Source: an uncultured bacterium (lineage in GTDB: Bacteria; Bacillota_I; Bacilli_A; RF39; UBA660). Taken from it: 64,000 nucleotides of DNA. The stretch lies in NCBI GenBank assembly GCA_946611605.1, contig CAMODU010000001.1:170-64169 (forward strand), given 5' to 3'. Below, piece after piece: positions 56,166 through 64,000 of this stretch. The notes beneath the pieces are model-generated. The model was not told the origin of the DNA. It did no database searches and worked only from the letters and a program-made list of their open reading frames with translations. Every line of letters starts with the position of its first letter. The stretch's first letter is position 1. Made by a program: the position numbers and the translations under genes.

Positions 56166-57635
56166 TTACAAATTAAAATCTTCAGGATTCTTTACCATTT
56201 CTTTTTTAAGTTTTAATGTTTTAGGGATTTCATGACAATCATCTATTTCATCTATCATGGCACCTTCTAATTTAATAAATGCATTTGTAATTATCTTAGA
56301 TAAACTTCTTCCACCTGCTTCAGTCTTTAAAGCCGAATCTATTATCTCATCTAAGAAATCTGTATCATATTCTATAGTACATCCATATTCTTCAAGTAAT
56401 CTTTCTTTTTCTTGTACTAAAGGAGATATCTTAGATTTAGTTAATAATAATCTTAAGCCATCTAAGTCTAATGGTTTATAAGTATATATTAAAGGGAATC
56501 TTGCAACAAACTCAGGAATAAATCCAAAGTCTATTATATCTGCATCTATTAATTGTTTTTCCTCTAATACTTCATCTTTAGCACCAAATCCGATACCATG
56601 TTTTTGTTTATTCTTATCAAATAAATCATTGAAAGCTCCAGCACCTATCTTAGTAATAAATGTTGTATCTAAATGTATTTGCCCATTTCCTCTTTTATTC
56701 TCAAATGAGAAATTAAATCCTTCTAGTAACTTTAATAAAGATTGTTGAACATCTATATCTTTAATAGGATCTCCACGTGATGCTAACTTATCTATTTCAT
56801 CTAATAATAAAATAGATCTAGATGCTTTTATTAAATTACCACCTGATTTAGAATATATATCTTTAAATATATCTTCAACCGAATTACCTACAAAACCTTC
56901 AGCAGTTAACTTAGTACAATCATATATAGTAAATGGTAGATCTGCATATTCAGCTATTAACTTAAATGTTTCTGATTTACCAGATCCTGTTGGACCTACA
57001 CATAATAGGTTCTTCATTAATCTAGGATTAGTAGCTCTAAAGTTAGCAACTATAACTGTAGCTATATCATCCATTAAAGAATCATTCATTAATATTCTTT
57101 CTTTTAAATATGTAGCTAAGGCTCTTCTTTTAATAGATGATAAATCAGCTATATCTTGTTTTTCACTTTCTTTTAAATCAAAGTTAATTTGTTTTTCATG
57201 ATATTCTTTTTCTATCTTCTCATTTAATTTTCTTAAATCTTCTTTATCTCTTTTAACAACAGTTTCTATAGTTACTTCTTCAGATGTTTCTGTTCTATAT
57301 ATTAAATGAATATTTTTTCTAATTTCTCTATAATAAGCTACCATTAATTCAGTAGATGTAGTCTTATCAGGATATCTTTTTTTTAATTCGGATAATTCCA
57401 TAGGAAAAGCAAAATATCTACTTTCATGTTCATTCATATATGTTTCTTCAAATCTAGATACTTCTAAATATTTTGCACCTGTATCTTCAGCAGTAAAAGT
57501 ATTGGAATCATCTACTTTTCCAATTGCTACTTCTTGAGGTATAAGTGCATAGTTATCATAGTTTGAATCTATTGGTTTAATAGTACATATTATACCTATT
57601 AAATCATTAGGTTGGTTTTGTATAATCTTTTCCAT
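56166..57635 (-). CDS. ClpX/HslU-family AAA+ ATPase lacking the ClpX zinc-binding domain
   Basis: LLCVGPTGSGKSETFKLIAEYADLPFTIYDCTKLTAEGFVG parallels the ClpX Walker A region. LLLDEIDK Walker B. The N-terminal ~200 aa are unrelated to the ClpX ZBD. Confidence 0.6.
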   Translation of the reverse strand: MEKIIQNQPNDLIGIICTIKPIDSNYDNYALIPQEVAIGKVDDSNTFTAEDTGAKYLEVSRFEETYMNEHESRYFAFPMELSELKKRYPDKTTSTELMVAYYREIRKNIHLIYRTETSEEVTIETVVKRDKEDLRKLNEKIEKEYHEKQINFDLKESEKQDIADLSSIKRRALATYLKERILMNDSLMDDIATVIVANFRATNPRLMKNLLCVGPTGSGKSETFKLIAEYADLPFTIYDCTKLTAEGFVGNSVEDIFKDIYSKSGGNLIKASRSILLLDEIDKLASRGDPIKDIDVQQSLLKLLEGFNFSFENKRGNGQIHLDTTFITKIGAGAFNDLFDKNKQKHGIGFGAKDEVLEEKQLIDADIIDFGFIPEFVARFPLIYTYKPLDLDGLRLLLTKSKISPLVQEKERLLEEYGCTIEYDTDFLDEIIDSALKTEAGGRSLSKIITNAFIKLEGAMIDEIDDCHEIPKTLKLKKEMVKNPEDFNL

Positions 57636-57712
57636 ATTATCACCCTTAATGGTTATATATAATAATACAAAATATAGAATTTCTCAATAAAAAAAGAGTA
57701 TATTCAATACTC

Positions 57713-58882
57713 TTATGCAATTAAAGTTGTTCTTAAGGAATAAATAGTACCATTATCATTAATATATAATGATTTATTAGCATTAATATCTACTCTTATA
57801 ATTCCTTCTTTATTAACTTTATATGATTTTAATTTGCCATCTGTAGTTACTATAAGTAATTCTACTTCTTTATCAAAATTATAAGCTATATAATTATACA
57901 TATTAGATATCTTATAACTTCCTTTATAAGGGTTTGCACTAGTTAATCTATCTTCATATTCATCTAATGATAAATCAACTAAAGCATCATAGCTATCATT
58001 AGCAACTAATTCAGTAGGATTATAATTACCTATTAAATCAGAATATAAGTTATATGATCTACCAATAAATGATACATCTTCACTAGATATATTACTTGTA
58101 TAATCTATATCATCTGTATTAGATGTTATAGAAGTTATTCTACCCATATAATCTATATCTAATCTTAAATCTTTAGTAACATCTTTATCTTGGTTATATG
58201 ATAAAGCAATCTTATTCTTATATATAGCAAAACCTCTTATATAATCTAATGATACATAACTAATCATATTACCCATGTTATCAAATCCTCTTAACATAGA
58301 ATTATAATCATTAGTATTACCAACCATATAATAAATATCATTCATACCAATTTGAGATTTAACATCAAATGAATAAATATTATTATCAAATGCTTCTATA
58401 GGCATTTCTATTGTTTTAGATGTTCCATCTTCTAGTTTTAATGTAATAAAGTTATTACTATCAGCATATAATCCATATACAGGTATTATATGGTTCTTAG
58501 ATCTTTCAACGTTTGTTTTAACAGAATCGTTTATAGATACTTCTACTCTTGTTTCTTCTTCTGTATTAAATATTATTAATGCAGTTAATGGATTTAATTC
58601 ATATGGTCTTTTTAATACCAATGGATTATCTAAAGTATATCCACCATTTATAGATAAGTCTTGTATCTTATTATCTATATCTTTTTGTTTCTTAAGTAAT
58701 TCACTTAGTTTATTTTGTTTCTTATCATTATAAGATGAGAAATACTTACTAGTTGGAGATGATAAATTCATACCAAAATAAGTAACAAATATTATAGCTA
58801 TAATGAAGATAACTATAATAGATATCATCATTATAGGAGAAACATCATTATTAACTGTATTCACTGTTTTTTTCTTAGCCAT
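57713..58882 (-). CDS. membrane-anchored hypothetical protein (389 aa)
   Basis: N-terminal TM, no motif. TTTACT-N17-TATAAT promoter with TG extension upstream. Confidence 0.45.
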   Translation of the reverse strand: MAKKKTVNTVNNDVSPIMMISIIVIFIIAIIFVTYFGMNLSSPTSKYFSSYNDKKQNKLSELLKKQKDIDNKIQDLSINGGYTLDNPLVLKRPYELNPLTALIIFNTEEETRVEVSINDSVKTNVERSKNHIIPVYGLYADSNNFITLKLEDGTSKTIEMPIEAFDNNIYSFDVKSQIGMNDIYYMVGNTNDYNSMLRGFDNMGNMISYVSLDYIRGFAIYKNKIALSYNQDKDVTKDLRLDIDYMGRITSITSNTDDIDYTSNISSEDVSFIGRSYNLYSDLIGNYNPTELVANDSYDALVDLSLDEYEDRLTSANPYKGSYKISNMYNYIAYNFDKEVELLIVTTDGKLKSYKVNKEGIIRVDINANKSLYINDNGTIYSLRTTLIA

Positions 58883-59273
58883 ATTATATTCCCTCTATTC
58901 TATATAGATTATAACAATATCATATATAAAAGTAAATAATTCCACAAAAAAACTCCGGCCTGATAAACCAAAGTTTTTTTGAGTTTTTTTAAAAATAATT
59001 GACTAAACGAAATCGTTAATTATCAGTTAACAGTTCCGCCTTGTAACTAAAGATAGAGTGTTCTTTCTCTAATATGATCATATACTTAGTAATTGTTACA
59101 ACCTCTTGGTAGTCCAAAAGTAAGAATCGAAATAATGAATCGAACTTAATCGAGACAAAATTAAATGTTCTTACGCAAAAATATTTATAAAGTAATTAGT
59201 CATACTAATAAATATTTTTTAAAAATAATTTACTAAGTATCTAAATTATATATCACTACTATAAGGATGTCAA

Positions 59274-61367
59274 TTACTTAAATTCAAATTTTATTTTTTT
59301 GTCATCAAGAATTAACTTAGCAGTAAATTCTTTGCCTTGTTTAGAAATAAAACCATCAATAAAATCAGTTTTCTTATTTTTAATTAATTGATCAAATATG
59401 TCCTTAGTAATATATTTCTTACATATATTAAAGTTAATATTAAATTTACATTCTTTATAATCTTCACAGGCATATGAATATTTAGTCACCTTCATATCCT
59501 TACCACAGTAAGGACACTTACCTACTACATCGCCAAAGAATGGAGTTTCATCTTTTTTATTAAATACTTCTGATATTTCATCTTCAGCTAGTTTAACTGA
59601 ATCTTCTACTTTTATTTCGTTATGATAAACTTTCTTTAAGGCTTTACCTAATTCAGAAGTTTTATATTTATCCATTGATATACCCATATGAGAAATAGAT
59701 TCAATTAAATATTCTCCATCAGGTAATATATAATAAACATCTTTCTTTAATTCTATATAATTAGATTTTCTAGCATTATCAATAATACCTGTTCTTGTTG
59801 CTTCAGTTCCTAACTCTAATCCTTCAAAGATTGCTTTATAATCTTCTGTATCATCTACTTCTTCATTATTCTCTTCTTCTAATCTTTTCTTATCATCTTT
59901 AAAAGGATTCTTTAAATAGTTATTTAATGTTTCAATTGTATAATGCTTAGGTGGAGTAGTTTCTTTTTCTTTAGGTTTAAAATCATGATTGACTTTATCT
60001 CCTATATTTAAATTAGGTAATATCTTATCCTTAGAATTAGGTTCTTCAAATTTAGTCCAACCTGGTTCTAAGATCATCATACCCTTAAGATTGAATTCTT
60101 CATAATCTCCTACCATGATTTTTATTTCAGTCTTTTGTACTACACATTCATTTGCACAGAAGACTGCAACAAATCTTTTAAATACAGTTTGATAAACTGT
60201 CATTTCTTCTTCAGTTAAATTCTTAGGATTAGGTATTTTATATGTTGGTGTTAATGCTGAGTGAGATTCTATCTTACTATCATCAAAGATGGTCTTCTTA
60301 TCAACAAACTTAACTGGATAACCTAATTCTTTAATATTATTAATTATCTTTTTAACTTTATCCTTTTCAGCTACTGCTAAATATTCTGAATTTGTTCTTG
60401 GATAAGTTAAGTATCCTTTTTCATATAATCCTTGAGTAATAGCTAATGATTTTTCCATACTCATTTTATATTTCTTACCTAAGTAGTTTTGTAATTTAGT
60501 AAGTGAGAATAACTTAGGAGGATTCATAGTATCCTTCTTTTGTTTTTTATCAGTTACTATAGCATCTACTTCATTATATTTTTTACATAAATCTAAAGCA
60601 CGCTGTTGTTCATTCTTTTCAAACTTTTCTTTAGAATTCAATTCAACAGGTTCTCCATTTGTTATTTCATTAGAAGTTATTCCATAGTAAGTTTCAGGAA
60701 CAAAGTTTCTTATAGCTAAGTCTCTATCATATATAGCTTTAACAATTGGAACTATTACTCTTCCTACTCTAAGTAATGTACCAGTTTTTAAAGTAGCATA
60801 TCTAGTTAAGTTAACTCCATATAACCAATCTATATATGTTCTTGCAAATCCCTCATTAGCAAGATTATCATATTCTTTATCTTCTTTTAAATCTGCTAAT
60901 GCTTCTTTAATAGTCTCAGGTGTTTGATCTGGTAACCATAATCTAGTTTTCTTTTTATTATTATCTTCTAATGCATGTTGAATAATAAGTCTTACTATTA
61001 CTTCACCTTCACGATCAGCATCTCCTGCATTTATGATATTATCAACATCTTCTCTATTAATTAATGTTTTAATAATGTTATATTGTTTTTCTACACCAGC
61101 ATCTACTTTTTTAGATGCATCTCTTTTAAGATTAAACTTAAATGTTTCAGGATAACATGGAATATTATTCATACTCCATTTTCCATCACCTTCATGTCCA
61201 GGATAATCTTCTATATCAGCTAAAGTAAATAGATGACCAAATACATAAGTTACTATATATTCATCATTGATGTAATAACCAGTTTGTTGTTTCATATTAC
61301 CAATTGCTCCAACTATATTACGAGCAAGACTTGGTTTTTCTGCTATAATAACTTTCATTTGTTTCAC
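59274..61367 (-). CDS. topB: DNA topoisomerase III (type IA) with C-terminal zinc ribbon
   Basis: N-terminus VIIAEKPSLARNI (Toprim). Catalytic-Tyr region. C-terminal CPYCG...C..C ribbon. 697 aa. Confidence 0.85.
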   Translation of the reverse strand: MKQMKVIIAEKPSLARNIVGAIGNMKQQTGYYINDEYIVTYVFGHLFTLADIEDYPGHEGDGKWSMNNIPCYPETFKFNLKRDASKKVDAGVEKQYNIIKTLINREDVDNIINAGDADREGEVIVRLIIQHALEDNNKKKTRLWLPDQTPETIKEALADLKEDKEYDNLANEGFARTYIDWLYGVNLTRYATLKTGTLLRVGRVIVPIVKAIYDRDLAIRNFVPETYYGITSNEITNGEPVELNSKEKFEKNEQQRALDLCKKYNEVDAIVTDKKQKKDTMNPPKLFSLTKLQNYLGKKYKMSMEKSLAITQGLYEKGYLTYPRTNSEYLAVAEKDKVKKIINNIKELGYPVKFVDKKTIFDDSKIESHSALTPTYKIPNPKNLTEEEMTVYQTVFKRFVAVFCANECVVQKTEIKIMVGDYEEFNLKGMMILEPGWTKFEEPNSKDKILPNLNIGDKVNHDFKPKEKETTPPKHYTIETLNNYLKNPFKDDKKRLEEENNEEVDDTEDYKAIFEGLELGTEATRTGIIDNARKSNYIELKKDVYYILPDGEYLIESISHMGISMDKYKTSELGKALKKVYHNEIKVEDSVKLAEDEISEVFNKKDETPFFGDVVGKCPYCGKDMKVTKYSYACEDYKECKFNINFNICKKYITKDIFDQLIKNKKTDFIDGFISKQGKEFTAKLILDDKKIKFEFK

Positions 61368-61409
61368 CTACTTTCTTTTTAATACAAGTATTTCTATTAT
61401 ACCATAAAA

Positions 61410-61433
61410 AAGAATACAAATAATTGTATTCTT
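61410..61433 (-). terminator. rho-independent terminator
   Basis: AAGAATACAA-ataa-TTGTATTCTT preceded by A-run (T-run on minus). Confidence 0.5.
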
Positions 61434-62166
61434 ATGGATTACATGAATATTTAATAAATGCATCACTTTTAGCTTGCTTATTAAAGTCTATATATTTTAT
61501 TTCACAGTTATATCCATTAAACTCTTCAACAGCAACTGGAGATATATAATAAACTATATTATCTTGTATAAATGGTATAGCAGGAGCTTTATCTTTTGTA
61601 CCTGTATGATTAATAATAGAATCAGTTAATACTATAGTTCCACCATTATATACAGTTATATTACCTAATAAACCATTTGCAGGTACATTATATACAATAT
61701 AATATTTATCGTTTTTATAAACTGCTACTTTAACTGTATTATCTTGATTTAATACAGTATTTAATCTAACTACTTTATTAATTACTAATGAAGCAGATGT
61801 TTTATTAGCATCACAAGTAAATGTAATAGTATTACCTTTAGAATCAGTATATTCTTCTCCTGATTCACAATAAGTTAATATATCTGGTATTTCTATTTCA
61901 TCAAATGATTTATCTTTTAAACTAATAGAATTAATATCTCCTCTACTACTTGTATATGAAGTAAATGTGCTTAAGTTAGTCATGAATATAAGTTTATCTA
62001 TTTCTTTAGTTGTTGTAGTTTCTATTTCTTCAGTTGTTGTTCTATCTTGATTAGGATGATCTTTTTTATATTTCATAAACCTAACAGTAAAAGCAACACC
62101 AACAATAACTATTAGGAAGAAGAATAGAATTACGTATGTTATATTATTTCCATCATAATCACTCAT
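61432..62166 (-). CDS. membrane-anchored hypothetical protein, paralog A (244 aa)
   Basis: N-terminal TM then a Thr/Glu linker. Same length and layout as the adjacent gene. Confidence 0.45.
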   Translation of the reverse strand: MSDYDGNNITYVILFFFLIVIVGVAFTVRFMKYKKDHPNQDRTTTEEIETTTTKEIDKLIFMTNLSTFTSYTSSRGDINSISLKDKSFDEIEIPDILTYCESGEEYTDSKGNTITFTCDANKTSASLVINKVVRLNTVLNQDNTVKVAVYKNDKYYIVYNVPANGLLGNITVYNGGTIVLTDSIINHTGTKDKAPAIPFIQDNIVYYISPVAVEEFNGYNCEIKYIDFNKQAKSDAFIKYSCNP

Positions 62167-62175
62167 ATTATCCTC

Positions 62176-62910
62176 CTAACATGCAAATGACGTTAAATCT
62201 TTTTTCTCTTTAGATTCAAAATCATAATAGTTAACTCTACATATACCGTTTTCATCTTTAGTTATATAGTAAAGAATATTCTTACTTACAAATGGTCTTA
62301 CTCTTTCTTCTTTATTCTTATAGAAAACAGGCCATTCAATAGCTACTCTTTCAATTTGATTAACATCTTTATCATATATTTCTATAAATGTTTTCATATC
62401 ATGAATATCAGATGAACCAAGACATCCTTGTTTAACATATCTTATATAATAATCTCCATTAGAATAATAAATATCATTTAAACCACATGAATCATCAGTA
62501 AAATAAGCAACTTCTAATTTATCATTTACTCTACCTCTTACTTCCCATGTATCATATTTACCTTGAACAGCATTACATTTATACATGATATGATTACCAT
62601 TTCTTTCAAATTCAACAGTTTGGTAATTTCTACTACATCTATTACTTACTTCTAAATCTATTTTCTTAAAACTATCATCTCTTAAATATAAATCTCTATT
62701 AGTATTATTAACAGGAGAATTATATCTATAGTTTTCAAATGATTTAATCTCTAATAATCTAACAGCTTCTCTAGTTGTTGTAGTTGTTGTTGTAGTTGTT
62801 GTAACTTCTTCTTTATTCTTTATTTTATCTGAAACAAAATAATAAATAGCACCAAATCCAACTATTAGTATTATTAAAAATATAGTTATTTCAGCACCTT
62901 TACCCTTCAT
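62176..62910 (-). CDS. membrane-anchored hypothetical protein, paralog B (244 aa) with poly-Thr tract
   Basis: N-terminal TM then T10 linker encoded by an (ACA/ACT)n tract. Confidence 0.45.
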   Translation of the reverse strand: MKGKGAEITIFLIILIVGFGAIYYFVSDKIKNKEEVTTTTTTTTTTREAVRLLEIKSFENYRYNSPVNNTNRDLYLRDDSFKKIDLEVSNRCSRNYQTVEFERNGNHIMYKCNAVQGKYDTWEVRGRVNDKLEVAYFTDDSCGLNDIYYSNGDYYIRYVKQGCLGSSDIHDMKTFIEIYDKDVNQIERVAIEWPVFYKNKEERVRPFVSKNILYYITKDENGICRVNYYDFESKEKKDLTSFAC

Positions 62911-62959
62911 AGTATCCCTCTATTCTAATAATTATTATATAACAAATAAAATAAAAAGA

Positions 62960-62981
62960 GAATACAACTAGTATTGTATTC
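62960..62981 (-). terminator. rho-independent terminator of proS
   Basis: GAATACAA-ctagta-TTGTATTC overlapping the proS stop. Confidence 0.5.
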
Positions 62982-64000
62982 CCCAGATTACGTGTTCCTT
63001 TGCTGGTTTACCACAGCAAACACATTTATCATCTATTCTTTCTCCATCTTCTACGATACATCTAGACTTACATCCTTTAATCTCTTTAATTCTATTCTCA
63101 CATGCTTCATCTCCACACCACATAGCATGAATGAATCCTGGTTGAGTATTTAGAATCTTTTCCATGTCTTCTAGATTATGAGCTTCGAAAGTTAATTTAT
63201 CTCTTCTTTCAGTTGCTCTTTCAAACATATCTCTTTGAATGGTATCTAATAATACTTTAATATAAGTAACTATATCAGTATCAGCATCAGTTGTAAGTTT
63301 TTCTCTTGTATCTCTTCTTGCTACTGTTATTTTATTTTCAGCTAAATCTCTTGCACCTACTTCTATTCTTACAGGTATACCATTTACTTCTGCTTCAGCA
63401 AATTTAAATCCTGGAGATTTATCTGAATTATCTATATAACAATCTACTCCTGCTTTAGTTAATTTATCTTTATATTCATTACATAACTTATTTACTTCTT
63501 CATTATCTTTACCAATAGGTATAATAACTACTTGTTTAGGAGCAATTCTTGGAGGAAGAACTAAACCATAGTCATCTGCATGTACCATGATAATTGCAGC
63601 TATTGCTCTTGTTGTTTTACCCCAAGTAGTATAGTATGCATATTCATCTTTATTATCTTTATTAGTAAATTTAACATCATATGCTTTACTAAACTTTTGA
63701 CCAAAGTAATGAGATGTACCATCTTGTAAGCATACACCATTATACATTAAGTCTTCATTAGTTAAAGTATACTCAGCACCTGCAAATTTTTCTTTTTCAG
63801 TCTTCTTACCAGTTATAGATGGAATAGCAAGTATTTCATGATTAAACCATTTATATACATCCATCATTTGTTTTGTTTCAGCTTCAGCTTCTTCAGCTGT
63901 AGCATGAACAGTATGTCCTTCTTGCCATAAGAATTCTCTAGATCTTAAAAATGGTCTAGTTTCTTTTTCATATCTAAATACATTACACCATTGATTATAT
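62968..64000 (-). CDS. proS: proline--tRNA ligase, archaeal/eukaryotic type, C-terminal part (N-terminus beyond window end)
   Basis: The frame stays open upstream of the track's first Met to the window edge. Class II motif ...RPFLRSREFLWQEGHT... and a C-terminal zinc-binding CxxC...CxxC domain. Confidence 0.85.
   Translation of the reverse strand, partial: YNQWCNVFRYEKETRPFLRSREFLWQEGHTVHATAEEAEAETKQMMDVYKWFNHEILAIPSITGKKTEKEKFAGAEYTLTNEDLMYNGVCLQDGTSHYFGQKFSKAYDVKFTNKDNKDEYAYYTTWGKTTRAIAAIIMVHADDYGLVLPPRIAPKQVVIIPIGKDNEEVNKLCNEYKDKLTKAGVDCYIDNSDKSPGFKFAEAEVNGIPVRIEVGARDLAENKITVARRDTREKLTTDADTDIVTYIKVLLDTIQRDMFERATERRDKLTFEAHNLEDMEKILNTQPGFIHAMWCGDEACENRIKEIKGCKSRCIVEDGERIDDKCVCCGKPAKEHVIWGIQY

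Noticed and set aside
1-64000. Possibility of an alternative genetic code (UGA=Trp, Mollicutes-like) given the extreme AT-richness
   Set aside because: Under the standard code the genes are long, contiguous and tightly packed (for example an uninterrupted 2589-aa ORF). Recognised proteins are full length and Trp positions use TGG, so code 11 fits.
1-64000. CRISPR arrays, tRNA or rRNA genes, IS elements or integrases
   Set aside because: No regularly spaced direct repeats with unique spacers, no tRNA-like GC-rich cloverleaf segments (no GGTTCGAATCC-type T-arms), and no transposase or integrase motifs were seen.

Overview
This is a very AT-rich window (well under 30% GC by eye) with a dense, mostly minus-strand gene set typical of a low-GC Gram-positive (Bacillota-like) chromosome using the standard genetic code: long ORFs are uninterrupted and genes are tightly packed. 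Recognisable genes include an OhrR-controlled gpx-ohrR-trxA-trxB-SDR peroxide-stress operon, a class II Fic protein, a TetR-regulated FtsX-type ABC exporter, uvrB, topB, a partial archaeal-type proS, yebC, nadK, a CBS-domain family II pyrophosphatase, a GGDEF cyclase, an L,D-transpeptidase and an NlpC/P60 hydrolase. The main accessory feature is a terminator-bounded unit of about 10.8 kb (21405-32232). It holds three SipW-type (S26B) signal-peptidase paralogs, one of them catalytically degenerate, and at least six TasA/CalY-like secreted proteins (two further candidates) that share a SipW-cognate-like N-terminal motif and a conserved C-terminal strand motif. Embedded in it are a membrane-anchored McrB-like AAA+ NTPase, a possibly degenerate EAL-like protein and a third uncharacterised partner. 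Next to it lies a 2589-aa Gly-rich beta-helix repeat surface protein with a similar signal motif, followed by an unannotated 39-aa ORF translationally coupled to a 515-aa acidic protein. Other candidates are an ORF-free transcription unit of about 500 nt between two terminators that may be a large structured ncRNA (45455-45960), a MazG-like/HEPN-motif gene pair at the window start, and two duplicated NPKTG-anchored surface-protein cassettes. All calls rest on reading motifs by eye; no database searches were run.
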